Assembly: GCA_021513695.1 (NCBI GenBank)
Contig: CP084166.1
Span: 2,496,001 to 2,560,000, forward strand
Length of the DNA stretch: 64,000 nt
Source of the DNA: Candidatus Heimdallarchaeum aukensis
Lineage (GTDB): Archaea > Asgardarchaeota > Heimdallarchaeia > Heimdallarchaeales > Heimdallarchaeaceae
Direction: 5' to 3'
The notes below the pieces were generated by a model. The model was not told the DNA's origin, ran no database searches, and saw nothing but the letters and a program-made list of their open reading frames with translations. Both the position numbers and the translations under genes were made by a program. This document shows positions 37,668 to 48,540 of the stretch, one piece after another; the first letter of the stretch is position 1, and each line of letters opens with the position of its first letter.

Positions 37668-38530
37668 GTTTAACTCATCTTCAATAAATTTTCTAAATTT
37701 TTAAATATTATTGGTAGTTATTATAAAGATTTAAAGAAATTTTTAAAAAAAGATTTGGTTTTAATGATGAGTATATGATTATCAAACTCTTGCTTTTTGT
37801 TTTATTCCTAAAATATTTATCCTTTATGTACAATTTAGTTTCATACATCGATTAAAAATTTTAAAACTAGTTACGAAAAAGGTTATCTTTATTACTTTTT
37901 AGAAAAAACTTTTATCTAAAATTTCTACAATGTCTAAGTGATAATTTGTTGATATTTGTAGTTTCTTTTTTTACTTTAGGTTCTCATGTATTTCAAACAA
38001 ATCTTTCAAAGTACAAGAATAGACATAAATTGTAAATCCTGGGAAGGCAACTATTATTTAATCTTGTGATTTTCAATTTCAAATATTTCAATTATTATGT
38101 ATTGTATTCTAACTGAAACAAATAACCACTATTGTTTAACAATTCTTTATATTACACATAAATAAAATACTTTTATATAGTTTATAAAAAATAAGTATCA
38201 TACTTTTTATGATTTTTTATGTTTATAAAATCAAAATGTGATTCCTCCTACAGTTCTGTGATAGATTCCTTTGTTTAGTGACAGTCACTTCTGAAATCTA
38301 TATTATCAACTTATTTAGGGTACAATTATAAACAATTTAAAAAGAATGAAAAAACTATAGACGGTGAATTTAGCATGTATAGTGAAGTAATCACTGACAT
38401 AAACATAATATTTTATAATTTTACAACATAATATTAACATGATTTAATCGTTTTTTATTAGTGTTTCCTTTATTTTGAGATTATAACAATTAGCACAACG
38501 TTTTAAAATTTTTTTATTACTATATTATTA

Positions 38531-38665
38531 ATGAAGCAAAAAGCGAAATTATTTTTTGAGAAGTTAAGAGATATATTTATAGGTGCCCAAGTTGAAGGAA
38601 ACTCTGGCTTTATCAAATTCATGAGTTGGAGTTTTGTAAAATAAAATTTTCAATTTGGTGGTAAG
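38531..38665 (+). pseudogene. internally deleted relic of a type III mod gene (5' ~110 nt fused to the last ~30 nt) immediately upstream of res
   Basis: The 37-codon ORF 'MKQKAKLFFEKLRDIFIGAQVEGNSGFIKFMSWSFVK' aligns to Mod aa 9-40 ('KEEQFFKQLKDIFCGARVEGDSGFINLMRIKS'). The 14 nt AATTTGGTGGTAAG at 38652-38665 are identical to the 3' end of mod (45562-45575). Confidence 0.6.
38657..38662 (+). promoter_or_regulatory. GGTGGT Shine-Dalgarno-like element 3 nt upstream of the res TTG start
   Basis: 'tttGGTGGTaagTTGagt'. The same sequence is the Trp-Trp-stop end of mod, so it may simply be a remnant of coding sequence. Confidence 0.25.
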
Positions 38666-41659
38666 TTGAGTGAGCGATTACCTTTAATTTATCAAGATCT
38701 GGTCAATGAAATTTCAATTGATGCAATACCAATTGAATGGTTTTCTAAAATTAATTTAAAAGAGTTTTCAAACAAAATTTCATTATATGATTATCAACAG
38801 CAAGCTTTAGAAAGTGCAATAAAATTTCTATTTTATTATTATAGTTTATTGCATAAATATTGCATCTCAGAACGTGAAAAACACAACATTGAACGAAAAA
38901 GCAAATTATACACTGAATTAGTGAATAGAGAAAAGACAATTGTAGAATCATTATTTATTGATAATAGAAAAAACAGAGCTCTTTTTTATCAGCTTAAACA
39001 GTATTATGGCGTAATACCTACAATGAACTACGAGAAAATATCCTTTAGCAACTTTGTTAACCGAATGAGTTTCTGGATGGCAACAGGTTCTGGTAAAACT
39101 ATTGTATTAATCAAGATCATTGAATTATTGTATGAACTTGGTCAAGCGAAATTAATACCTAACCATGATATACTAATTTTAACTCAAAGAGATGATCTTA
39201 TTGAACAGATTAGAGCTCATATTAGACAATTTAACGAAAAAAGAACTAAGAAGATAAAACTATGGAATTTGAGAAACTTTGATGCTGTAAAAAATGGACG
39301 AGTTTTAGTCTTTAGAGATGAAATTAATGTCTTTATATATAAATCTGATTTAATCTCAAATCAAACAAAAGAGAAACTGTTAAATTTTGAGGACATCGAA
39401 AACAATGGCAATTGGTATGTTTTGTTAGATGAAGCTCATAAAGGAGATAAAGAAGATTCAAAAAGGCAACAATATTATTCTGTCCTTTCGAGAAATGGGT
39501 TTCTGTTTAATTTTTCAGCAACTTTTACCGACCCTTGGGATATCATCACCACAACTTTTAATTTTAATTTGCAAAAATTTATTGAATCAGGGTATGGGAA
39601 GAATATTTTTCTTTCTGAGAAAGAGTTTATCTCATTTGAAAAAGAAAGGGATTTTAATGAGGAGAGTAAACGCAAAATTGTATTGCAAACACTCATTGTT
39701 CTAGCAGCTATAAAAAAGATTAGGAAAAAAATTGAACAAAGTTTAGGTGACAATTTTTACCATTCTCCACTACTTTTAGGCCTTGTGAATACAGTGAGTA
39801 CCAAAGATTCTGATCTTGAATTATTTTTTAAGGAGCTAGCAGCAATTGCTAAAGGAGAGATTAATGAAGAAGAAGTAACTATAGCCAAGCAAGATATATT
39901 AAAAGAAATTAAAAATACTCCAGGTTATTTTTTCGGAAAAAGTTCTATTAAATATAATGAGAATTTATTGGATAATATTAACTATAGTTGCATTCTTCAG
40001 GAGGTTTTTAACACTTCTACTCCAGGAAATATTGAGGTACTGAAAATTCCTCAAAACAAGCAAGAATTAATTTTTAAGCTTAAGACTTCTGATCTTCCAT
40101 TTGCCCTCCTAAAAATTGGTGATATCACAAGATGGCTAAGAGAAAAATTGACCAACTACGAAGTCTATGAATCCCATGACAATGAAAGTTATTTCAAAAA
40201 TATTTCTAACTCTGATTTCATTAATATATTAATGGGGTCAAGAGCTTTTTATGAAGGTTGGGATTCCAATAGACCAAATGTTATAACATTTATTAATATT
40301 GGAAAAGCAGATGCAAAAAAATATGTTATTCAAGCAATAGGAAGAGGAATAAGGATTGAGCCTGTAAAAGGAAAACGGAAAAGAATTAGTTTTCTTAAAG
40401 CTGAAATTGATCCTAGTATAGAAAAACAAATATATAATAAGTTAGCACCAGAGGATATAGCTCTAATTGAAACACTCTTCGTTTTTGGGACAAAAAAGAA
40501 ACACATTGCAGATGTTCTAGGTGCATTAAAAAGAGAAAAAATAACTGTTGGTAAATCCCTAGAATTAGCCAAAAATGATATGGCGATAGATTTACCTCTT
40601 TACATTCCAGTTTACAAGAGAAGAGCAACTTCGACAGAAGTTGAAAAGCTTCCAAGTTTTAAAGGAAATCCAAAGTTATTGAAAAAATATATTGAATGGT
40701 TAGATGATGATAAAGTACTTTTTGCCCTTCTTTCAGAAAATCAAAAAATTGAACCAAAAATAATTCAACAAATAAAAGAATACGTTGAAAAAGGAAAATT
40801 TGACATAAATGAAGATATGAACATAAATAATCAATTGAACAAATTAGTACGACATTTGACCCTAGTTCAAAGCGATTTTGAAACTTTAAAACCACTAGAA
40901 GAAGAGATAATTCATTTTAAAAATATTAGGCTTTTGTTGGATGATGAAGAAATAAGTAAAATAAAAGAAATTGTGAAAAAAGTTCAAAGATACAAATGTT
41001 CACAAAATGAAGAAATGAAATTGGATAAACTTTTAGAAAACAAAAAAATTACATTGAATGAATATAAGACAAAACTTAAACAGTTAGCTGAATATAAACA
41101 GGAAATAGAATATAGAAATATACTCTTTAAACACATGTTGCAACACTACTACAACCCAATGATTATCTCAAAAGAAGAGCACTTTACTCTAATAAAACAT
41201 ATTATCACCGTTCCAAGTGAAAAAAAATTCATAGAGAAGTTATCTAAATTTATTTCTGATGGTAAAAGTTTTTTTGATGAAGATTTTGATTGGTGGATAT
41301 TCAGCAAGTTAAATGAGCATTTAGATGAAGTCTATATACCCTATTATGATCCTGAACATGGGCGAATAAGAAAATTTATTCCCGACTTTATTTTTTGGTT
41401 TAAAAAGAATAAGAACTACGATATTGTCTTTGTTGATCCAAAAGGAACTGCACATATAAATTATGTAAATAAGATATTAGGTTACAAGGTTTTATTTGAA
41501 GAAAATAATATGGTACGGGTTTTCAACTTTAATGGTCTTAACGTCAGAATATATCTGCTACTTTATACTAGTGATAAAAATAAAGTACGTGCCTATTCAG
41601 AATACTGGATTGATAGTATTAGTGATATCAAAAAAGTTCTAGTGAGAAATGGAGAGTAG
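38666..41659 (+). CDS. res: type III restriction enzyme Res subunit (SF2 helicase + C-terminal PD-(D/E)xK endonuclease)
   Basis: 'MATGSGKTIV', 'VLLDEAHKG', 'FNFSATF' and 'QAIGRGIRI'. C-terminal 'IPDFIFWF...IVFVDPKGT'. TTG start. Overlaps the following mod reading frame by 11 nt. Confidence 0.85.
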   Translation: MSERLPLIYQDLVNEISIDAIPIEWFSKINLKEFSNKISLYDYQQQALESAIKFLFYYYSLLHKYCISEREKHNIERKSKLYTELVNREKTIVESLFIDNRKNRALFYQLKQYYGVIPTMNYEKISFSNFVNRMSFWMATGSGKTIVLIKIIELLYELGQAKLIPNHDILILTQRDDLIEQIRAHIRQFNEKRTKKIKLWNLRNFDAVKNGRVLVFRDEINVFIYKSDLISNQTKEKLLNFEDIENNGNWYVLLDEAHKGDKEDSKRQQYYSVLSRNGFLFNFSATFTDPWDIITTTFNFNLQKFIESGYGKNIFLSEKEFISFEKERDFNEESKRKIVLQTLIVLAAIKKIRKKIEQSLGDNFYHSPLLLGLVNTVSTKDSDLELFFKELAAIAKGEINEEEVTIAKQDILKEIKNTPGYFFGKSSIKYNENLLDNINYSCILQEVFNTSTPGNIEVLKIPQNKQELIFKLKTSDLPFALLKIGDITRWLREKLTNYEVYESHDNESYFKNISNSDFINILMGSRAFYEGWDSNRPNVITFINIGKADAKKYVIQAIGRGIRIEPVKGKRKRISFLKAEIDPSIEKQIYNKLAPEDIALIETLFVFGTKKKHIADVLGALKREKITVGKSLELAKNDMAIDLPLYIPVYKRRATSTEVEKLPSFKGNPKLLKKYIEWLDDDKVLFALLSENQKIEPKIIQQIKEYVEKGKFDINEDMNINNQLNKLVRHLTLVQSDFETLKPLEEEIIHFKNIRLLLDDEEISKIKEIVKKVQRYKCSQNEEMKLDKLLENKKITLNEYKTKLKQLAEYKQEIEYRNILFKHMLQHYYNPMIISKEEHFTLIKHIITVPSEKKFIEKLSKFISDGKSFFDEDFDWWIFSKLNEHLDEVYIPYYDPEHGRIRKFIPDFIFWFKKNKNYDIVFVDPKGTAHINYVNKILGYKVLFEENNMVRVFNFNGLNVRIYLLLYTSDKNKVRAYSEYWIDSISDIKKVLVRNGE

Positions 41660-42479
41660 TTATATGAACACAAAAGAAGAGCAATTTTTCAAACAATTAA
41701 AGGATATATTTTGTGGAGCTAGAGTTGAAGGTGATTCTGGTTTTATAAACTTAATGAGAATTAAATCTAGTTACTTTAATGCTCTATTTAACGAATTAAA
41801 AAAGGAAATTAATATTAAAATTGCAAATGAACCTTCTTTTAAAGAAGAGCTCTTTGATAAACTCTACACCTTCTTTAAAACTTATTTTTCAGATACTGGT
41901 AGTGTTTATTTTAACTATACTCCTTTAAAATCCAAAGTATATGAAAAAGTTTATACCAACAATGAAGACACAATGCTTTTTTGGAAAACTCATATGCTTC
42001 ATTATGTTAAAACAGCAAGAATATGGAATAATTTGAAAATAAGTTTAGAAATAAATAACAAAGATTACATCTTTTTATTTGATATATCTGATCTCAACAA
42101 ACAAGATTCTGCTGAAAAAAATGATGTTATTTATATTTTAGATAGCATCACTGATAACATTGTGAAGTTTAATGTTGTTTACTCAAAAAGAGGGAAAACT
42201 ACGAAATTAACAGAAATTGTAAAAAAACTATATAAAAACAACATTCCTATTGGAGTAGATCAATTATCTGGCCTTTTTATGATATTTGAAAAACAGAATG
42301 AGGTTGATTATTTCATTAATAAAAACGCCAACATGTTTCTAAAGGAACAGTTTAATATGTGGCTCAAACAATATGTTCTAGATGTAGATAGTATTTTTAA
42401 TAGACGGCGATTAAATCAATTGAAAATATTGCATGATATAGCTTATAAAATTATAGATTTCACAGGAAATAGAATATAG
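41649..42479 (+). pseudogene. truncated mod copy (N-terminal 271 aa + 5 junction-encoded codons) created by the duplication
   Basis: Identical to the 43013-45574 product up to 'YKIIDF', then 'TGNRI*' read from res-derived sequence. Confidence 0.8.
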
Positions 42480-42498
42480 AAATATACTCTTTAAACAC

Positions 42499-43023
42499 AT
42501 GTTGCAACACTACTACAACCCAATGATTATCTCAAAAGAAGAGCACTTTACTCTAATAAAACATATTATCACCGTTCCAAGTGAAAAAAAATTCATAGAG
42601 AAGTTATCTAAATTTATTTCTGATGGTAAAAGTTTTTTTGATGAAGATTTTGATTGGTGGATATTCAGCAAGTTAAATGAGCATTTAGATGAAGTCTATA
42701 TACCCTATTATGATCCTGAACATGGGCGAATAAGAAAATTTATTCCCGACTTTATTTTTTGGTTTAAAAAGAATAAGAACTACGATATTGTCTTTGTTGA
42801 TCCAAAAGGAACTGCACATATAAATTATGTAAATAAGATATTAGGTTACAAGGTTTTATTTGAAGAAAATAATATGGTACGGGTTTTCAACTTTAATGGT
42901 CTTAACGTCAGAATATATCTGCTACTTTATACTAGTGATAAAAATAAAGTACGTGCCTATTCAGAATACTGGATTGATAGTATTAGTGATATCAAAAAAG
43001 TTCTAGTGAGAAATGGAGAGTAG
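42499..43023 (+). pseudogene. duplicated res 3' fragment (C-terminal endonuclease region, 174 codons from an internal Met)
   Basis: Identical to the last 174 aa of Res. Whether it is expressed cannot be judged from the sequence. Confidence 0.75.
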
Positions 43024-45574
43024 TTATATGAACACAAAAGAAGAGCAATTTTTCAAACAATTAAAGGATATATTTTGTGGAGCTAGAGTTGAAGGTGATT
43101 CTGGTTTTATAAACTTAATGAGAATTAAATCTAGTTACTTTAATGCTCTATTTAACGAATTAAAAAAGGAAATTAATATTAAAATTGCAAATGAACCTTC
43201 TTTTAAAGAAGAGCTCTTTGATAAACTCTACACCTTCTTTAAAACTTATTTTTCAGATACTGGTAGTGTTTATTTTAACTATACTCCTTTAAAATCCAAA
43301 GTATATGAAAAAGTTTATACCAACAATGAAGACACAATGCTTTTTTGGAAAACTCATATGCTTCATTATGTTAAAACAGCAAGAATATGGAATAATTTGA
43401 AAATAAGTTTAGAAATAAATAACAAAGATTACATCTTTTTATTTGATATATCTGATCTCAACAAACAAGATTCTGCTGAAAAAAATGATGTTATTTATAT
43501 TTTAGATAGCATCACTGATAACATTGTGAAGTTTAATGTTGTTTACTCAAAAAGAGGGAAAACTACGAAATTAACAGAAATTGTAAAAAAACTATATAAA
43601 AACAACATTCCTATTGGAGTAGATCAATTATCTGGCCTTTTTATGATATTTGAAAAACAGAATGAGGTTGATTATTTCATTAATAAAAACGCCAACATGT
43701 TTCTAAAGGAACAGTTTAATATGTGGCTCAAACAATATGTTCTAGATGTAGATAGTATTTTTAATAGACGGCGATTAAATCAATTGAAAATATTGCATGA
43801 TATAGCTTATAAAATTATAGATTTCATTTCTCAGTTTGAAGATGAATTAGTGAAAATTTGGAATAAACCCCGTTTTGTTATTAATTCAAATTATATTATA
43901 ACTTTAGACAAAATTTATAATAGTGATGCTGGTGCAGAAATACTTGAAAAAATAATCAACCATGAAAAATTTACAGAACAAATTAATGAATGGAAAAAAT
44001 TAGGTTTTCTTGAGGATTTTGAGAAAAACAAGCTCTATAATACAACATTAATGGGTAAAGAGTTAAACGATGAGTATAAATTTTTACCTTTAGATACCAA
44101 GTTTTTTGATGAAGAACTTAAATTTTCAATCATATCACTATTTAATAACTTAGATGAATCCTTAGATGGTTGGCTTATACACTCCGAAAATTATCAAGCA
44201 CTAAAAACAATTCTACCTAAATTTAATAATAAAATTAAATCCATATATATAGACCCCCCATATAATACTGGTAGTGATTCCTTTATCTACAAGGATAAAT
44301 TCAAACATTCTTCTTGGTTAACAATGATGTGTGACAGGTTGGAGCTAGCTAAAGAATTGCTTTGTGATGATGGTGTTCTTTATTCTAGTATTGATGATAA
44401 TGAAGTGGATTATTTAAGTATTCTATTACAAAAAATCTTCGGTGAAAATAAAGTTGATAAAATGATTTGGAAAAAAGCCAGTGAAGGAAGATGGGGGAAA
44501 ATGAAAAATGTGCGAACTTTCCGTAAAGATCATGAATATGTACTTGTAGCTTTTAAAGAAAAAGAACAGTTGAATAAAATTATAGAAAAACCTCGGTTTT
44601 TAAAACGTTATGGTAATCCAGATAGTGATCCTAGGGGCAATTGGATGTCTGGAACAATATCTAGAAAGGAATCTGCTTCTAATCCAAACCATCCAAATTT
44701 TTATACTGTTACTTCTCCTTCTGGTAAAAAATTTACTAGACAATGGGATGTTCCAAAAGAAGAATTTGATAAACTTAATAGAGAAAAAAGAATCTATTGG
44801 GGGCCAACGGGAGAAAATGTTCCAAGGATTAAAGTATTTGAAAACGAGTACCGTGAAATCACACCCTATTCTGTTTTGATTGATAAAGGAAGTAATACTG
44901 AAGCAAAGGAAGAGTTTATTAATATACTAGGGAAAGAATATGAGAAAATAGTTCATATTCTTAACCCCAAACCGTCTAAACTTATTTCTACTTTACTTCA
45001 GCTTTCGACAAATAAAGATTCTATAATTGTGGATTTTTTTGCTGGTAGTGGAACAACTGCTCATGCTATAATGGCTCTGAATAAAAAGGATAATGGAAAT
45101 AGAAAATTCTTACTAGTTGAAATGGCTGAGTATTTTGAAGATATTATACTCCCTAGAATAAAAAAGTTAGCTTTTTCACTGAATTGGAAGAAAGGAAAAC
45201 CAGAGGATTATGATGGTAATGGAATTTTCATTAAGTATTTTCAATTAGAGCAATATGAACAAACATTACAAAAAGTAGTTTATAGAGAAGGTGATCCATT
45301 CCTTGACATAGAAAGTTCAGATATTTATTGCCAATATATTTTCCTTAAAGATCAAAAACTTCTAGATGCAATTGACATCAATTATGAAGAAAATAGGATT
45401 AAAGTTGATTTTTCAAAACTTTATTCAAATGTAGATATAGGTGAAACATTATCCTATTTATTAGGAAAAAAAATTAAGAGAGTTGACTCAAGCTACGTAA
45501 TATTTACTGATGGAGAACAAATAAATTATTACTCTCTTGACTTCAAGGTAATAAAACCATTAATTTGGTGGTAA
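43013..45574 (+). CDS. mod: type III R-M Mod subunit (beta-class N6-adenine/N4-cytosine DNA methyltransferase)
   Basis: Motif IV 'IYIDPPYNTGSD' precedes motif I 'VDFFAGSGTTAHA', which is the beta-class order. Confidence 0.85.
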   Translation: MESSYMNTKEEQFFKQLKDIFCGARVEGDSGFINLMRIKSSYFNALFNELKKEINIKIANEPSFKEELFDKLYTFFKTYFSDTGSVYFNYTPLKSKVYEKVYTNNEDTMLFWKTHMLHYVKTARIWNNLKISLEINNKDYIFLFDISDLNKQDSAEKNDVIYILDSITDNIVKFNVVYSKRGKTTKLTEIVKKLYKNNIPIGVDQLSGLFMIFEKQNEVDYFINKNANMFLKEQFNMWLKQYVLDVDSIFNRRRLNQLKILHDIAYKIIDFISQFEDELVKIWNKPRFVINSNYIITLDKIYNSDAGAEILEKIINHEKFTEQINEWKKLGFLEDFEKNKLYNTTLMGKELNDEYKFLPLDTKFFDEELKFSIISLFNNLDESLDGWLIHSENYQALKTILPKFNNKIKSIYIDPPYNTGSDSFIYKDKFKHSSWLTMMCDRLELAKELLCDDGVLYSSIDDNEVDYLSILLQKIFGENKVDKMIWKKASEGRWGKMKNVRTFRKDHEYVLVAFKEKEQLNKIIEKPRFLKRYGNPDSDPRGNWMSGTISRKESASNPNHPNFYTVTSPSGKKFTRQWDVPKEEFDKLNREKRIYWGPTGENVPRIKVFENEYREITPYSVLIDKGSNTEAKEEFINILGKEYEKIVHILNPKPSKLISTLLQLSTNKDSIIVDFFAGSGTTAHAIMALNKKDNGNRKFLLVEMAEYFEDIILPRIKKLAFSLNWKKGKPEDYDGNGIFIKYFQLEQYEQTLQKVVYREGDPFLDIESSDIYCQYIFLKDQKLLDAIDINYEENRIKVDFSKLYSNVDIGETLSYLLGKKIKRVDSSYVIFTDGEQINYYSLDFKVIKPLIWW

Positions 45575-45953
45575 GATCTACTCAATCAAAAAAATAGAGT
45601 ATAAATATTGTTTAAAGAAATTATCTGCCCATTAAATCATAATTTTTGTTGTTGTTTGATATCATTTTCTATATACAAACTCCCTAATCAACCATAAACT
45701 TGTGAACTACCTCTTTTATCTCTTATTTCCTTCCAAAGATGTTTTAACCACAATCTTTCTTAATTTCTCTAAGTTACGATCAGGATTGTTCATATTGTAT
45801 CATTTACCCTCGTAACCCACTTTTTATCTATTTGTTACCATTATGGGTGGCGTAAACAATTATTTTAAATGTTTTAGTAATATTTAAAAGATAAAAGATC
45901 TGCTTTGGACTAATTTATGCCTTCAGTGATAGAGCTAACCTTATCTTGTTTCC

Positions 45954-47033
45954 ATGACATATCAAAGGTGGAAGATTAAAGTGGGTGATATACTTACAGA
46001 TAAAAGTTTAAAATTCAGAAACAATTCAATTACTCTTGAAGTCTTTTGTGACGAAATAAACAAGGTAAGACTCCCCTATGATAATAGTTGGTGGATGTAT
46101 TTAGGTGCATTATTCGTTCCAGTAACCAAAAAACAAGAATTAATTGACACCCTTCTGAATCTTCGCTGTATTAAACATCATAACTGGCATTGGGATACTG
46201 CAAATTGCCCTCATAAGTGCAAATATCACACATCCAATAATGCTGAACTACACTTTCATAGTATCCATAAACGTATTGATAAATTTAAGATTGCAAAAAA
46301 GTGGCTATCTTTCTTAGTAGAGGAAAATAACAAGAGAGATCTTGGGTTAATTTATTTTTATATTCTTGGATTGGATTTAACTAAACTAAATCTTGAAAAT
46401 TTTGGAGAAAAAAAGGGTGTAGATATGAATATATATAATAGGTTTTTTAGAACCGTTATATCGGGAGCAAAATACTTCTTCAATGAATATGAAATCATTT
46501 TTATTAATAAAATTTACCATGATAAAGGAAATCAAGAAAAACATAGATACTTCCCATGGTATACCCCATACAAATTAAATATCAATGATAATAAGTTATT
46601 TATACTTGATAAAGACATTAGATTTGTAGATTCTAATCATAAGAACTATCCTGATACTATGGGAAATGATTTTCGTCGCGAATCTCAACTAATTCAATTT
46701 ATTGATATAATTCTTGGAAGTGTGCACTGTTTATTACATGCTACATCAAAACATCCTAAAAAAATTGAGCTTGCACAAATAATGGAACCATTACTGGAGC
46801 GATTAATGTATAAACCTCAAAATAAGAATAGTAAGTATCACTATTACAGAAAACAACAAATTAAGTTTTTTCCAAAAAATCCTATTAACACTCATGAAAA
46901 TAAGTTAAAACAGTTAGATATGCAAGGGGATCTTATTGAAACAAAAATATTAGAATCAAATAACTTTTACACAAAAAGAAAGATAATGTTAAAAGATCCA
47001 AAACAACAAACGCTTGATCCTTTCTTTGTATAG
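45954..47033 (+). CDS. hypothetical protein, possibly DUF3800-like
   Basis: 'VFCDEINK...WWMYLGALFVP' near the N-terminus and 'ESQLIQFIDIILGSVHCLL' near the C-terminus resemble the DUF3800 blocks. Weak, from memory of the consensus. Confidence 0.3.
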   Translation: MTYQRWKIKVGDILTDKSLKFRNNSITLEVFCDEINKVRLPYDNSWWMYLGALFVPVTKKQELIDTLLNLRCIKHHNWHWDTANCPHKCKYHTSNNAELHFHSIHKRIDKFKIAKKWLSFLVEENNKRDLGLIYFYILGLDLTKLNLENFGEKKGVDMNIYNRFFRTVISGAKYFFNEYEIIFINKIYHDKGNQEKHRYFPWYTPYKLNINDNKLFILDKDIRFVDSNHKNYPDTMGNDFRRESQLIQFIDIILGSVHCLLHATSKHPKKIELAQIMEPLLERLMYKPQNKNSKYHYYRKQQIKFFPKNPINTHENKLKQLDMQGDLIETKILESNNFYTKRKIMLKDPKQQTLDPFFV

Positions 47034-47352
47034 TGAAATAGTTTGACCTCATATGTTCTTTCATGATAAATTACTTTTAGTAAAAATTAGTTCACGTAAC
47101 ATCTTGTAACAGAGTTATATGTATTTTAGTTTTATACCAAAATAATTTTGAAAGTGAGCTAAAAGTTTTTCAATATCAACTACTATTCAATATCCTCTTT
47201 TCTTATTTGGTGGACTTAACAAAAAGGCATGTTCTTGTCGACAACTGGTGTCTTCTAAAAAGGTCTTGTGTGCAAAAATCGCTATTTTAAACTCCTTAAA
47301 CTAAATACACCTATCTTATTGAAAGGTAGGTTAAAATAAACATTTATTAGAT

Positions 47353-48540
47353 TTATCGATTCTTCAAATGTTCTAATTCTTTTAGATCTTTTATACTTTT
47401 GACAAGAATCTTCTTTTTAAACTCCGAATTATAGAAATATGCTAGTTGTTTATGGTCTATTTCTCGTTTGTATTTTACTTCTATTGCACAATCTTTCCCT
47501 ACTATAAAATCAATTTCTTTCCCATTAATGACACTGTAGCAAGGATTTTTGTTTTTTAGTTTTAAAAATACTAGATTCTCAAACAGTGCTCCCTTGTCCT
47601 TATAACCTACAAACATTGTTCGTATTCCTGTATCTGCAATATACACTTTTTTTGGTCCTCTTATTTGCTCATTTAATGATTTTGAACATTTAGGAACCAA
47701 GTAAATAAGATAGGTCTCTTCTAAATATGATAGATAGTTAGCAATTGTCTCATTTTTTATTCCTAGCACTTTTCTTAACTTATTAATTGTTAATCTTTTT
47801 CCTAGCCTCTCACAGAGCAGTACGAACAACTCTTCAAGCTTTTTTATATTCCTTATATTGTACCTGGAGACTATATCTTTGTATAGAATATCTTTAACCA
47901 ACTGTAGTAATTTCTCTTTATTTCTTGATAATACATATTCTGGCATTCCTCCTTCACGCAAATATTCTTCTACGTATTTCTCATATAAGTAGGATTCAGT
48001 TTTTGTTATTGTAAGATTATTAAAATTCAAATATTCTTCAAAAGTCAAAGGCTCTATTTTAACCACAATGTTCCGCCCAGTAAGGTAAGCTTTCTTATCC
48101 TTTACTACTAGACTATTTGAACCACTCGCATAAATTTTGACATTTTCACTATCGTGTAAGACTTTAAGTTCTCGTTCGAAGTCCTCCTTATATTGAACCT
48201 CATCAAAAAATAAGAATAATTTCTCTTTTCTTTTTAACCCGTGAATCTTTCTAACTTCCTCTACGATATCTAGCAGACTAATGGTGTCAAGTGCTGGATG
48301 CTCTAGACTTAAGTAAAGTAGTTTTTCAGGTTGTGCTATTTTGTCTTTTAAGATTTTTGCGATTAATTGCTTCATAATAGTTGTTTTTCCAACTCTTCTT
48401 AATCCCGTAATTATGACTATTTCTGAACTGTTCAATAATTTATATAATCTACTCAAATATTCTTCTCTTTTTATTCCTGGAGTAGAATATTCCTCTTCCC
48501 ACCATGGATTATACAAAAAGAGAATTTCTTCAAGATCCAT
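47353..48540 (-). CDS. AAA-type ATPase of the archaeal/bacterial DUF4143 (COG1373-like) family
   Basis: Walker A 'ITGLRRVGKTT' and Walker B 'LFLFFDEVQY'. The C-terminal region has 'EIDFIV...AIEVKY', a PD-(D/E)xK-like tail typical of this family. Confidence 0.75.
   Translation of the reverse strand: MDLEEILFLYNPWWEEEYSTPGIKREEYLSRLYKLLNSSEIVIITGLRRVGKTTIMKQLIAKILKDKIAQPEKLLYLSLEHPALDTISLLDIVEEVRKIHGLKRKEKLFLFFDEVQYKEDFERELKVLHDSENVKIYASGSNSLVVKDKKAYLTGRNIVVKIEPLTFEEYLNFNNLTITKTESYLYEKYVEEYLREGGMPEYVLSRNKEKLLQLVKDILYKDIVSRYNIRNIKKLEELFVLLCERLGKRLTINKLRKVLGIKNETIANYLSYLEETYLIYLVPKCSKSLNEQIRGPKKVYIADTGIRTMFVGYKDKGALFENLVFLKLKNKNPCYSVINGKEIDFIVGKDCAIEVKYKREIDHKQLAYFYNSEFKKKILVKSIKDLKELEHLKNR

Larger units (their letters stand above)
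41099..43826 (+). repeat. perfect tandem direct duplication, 2 x 1364 bp (41099-42462 and 42463-43826), spanning the res 3' end / mod 5' end junction
   Basis: Identical translated products: the 42499-43023 product equals the Res C-terminus, and the 41649-42479 product equals Mod aa 1-271. Period 1364 (41649 -> 43013). The junction 'gatttCA|CAggaaat' has a 2-nt CA microhomology. Confidence 0.9.

Noticed and set aside
41099-43826. Treating the duplicated res/mod segment as a phase-variation cassette or shufflon.
   Set aside because: There are no inverted repeats, no recombinase gene and no simple-sequence tract. The structure is a plain head-to-tail duplication with 2-nt microhomology. It is reported only as a duplication that needs read-level confirmation.
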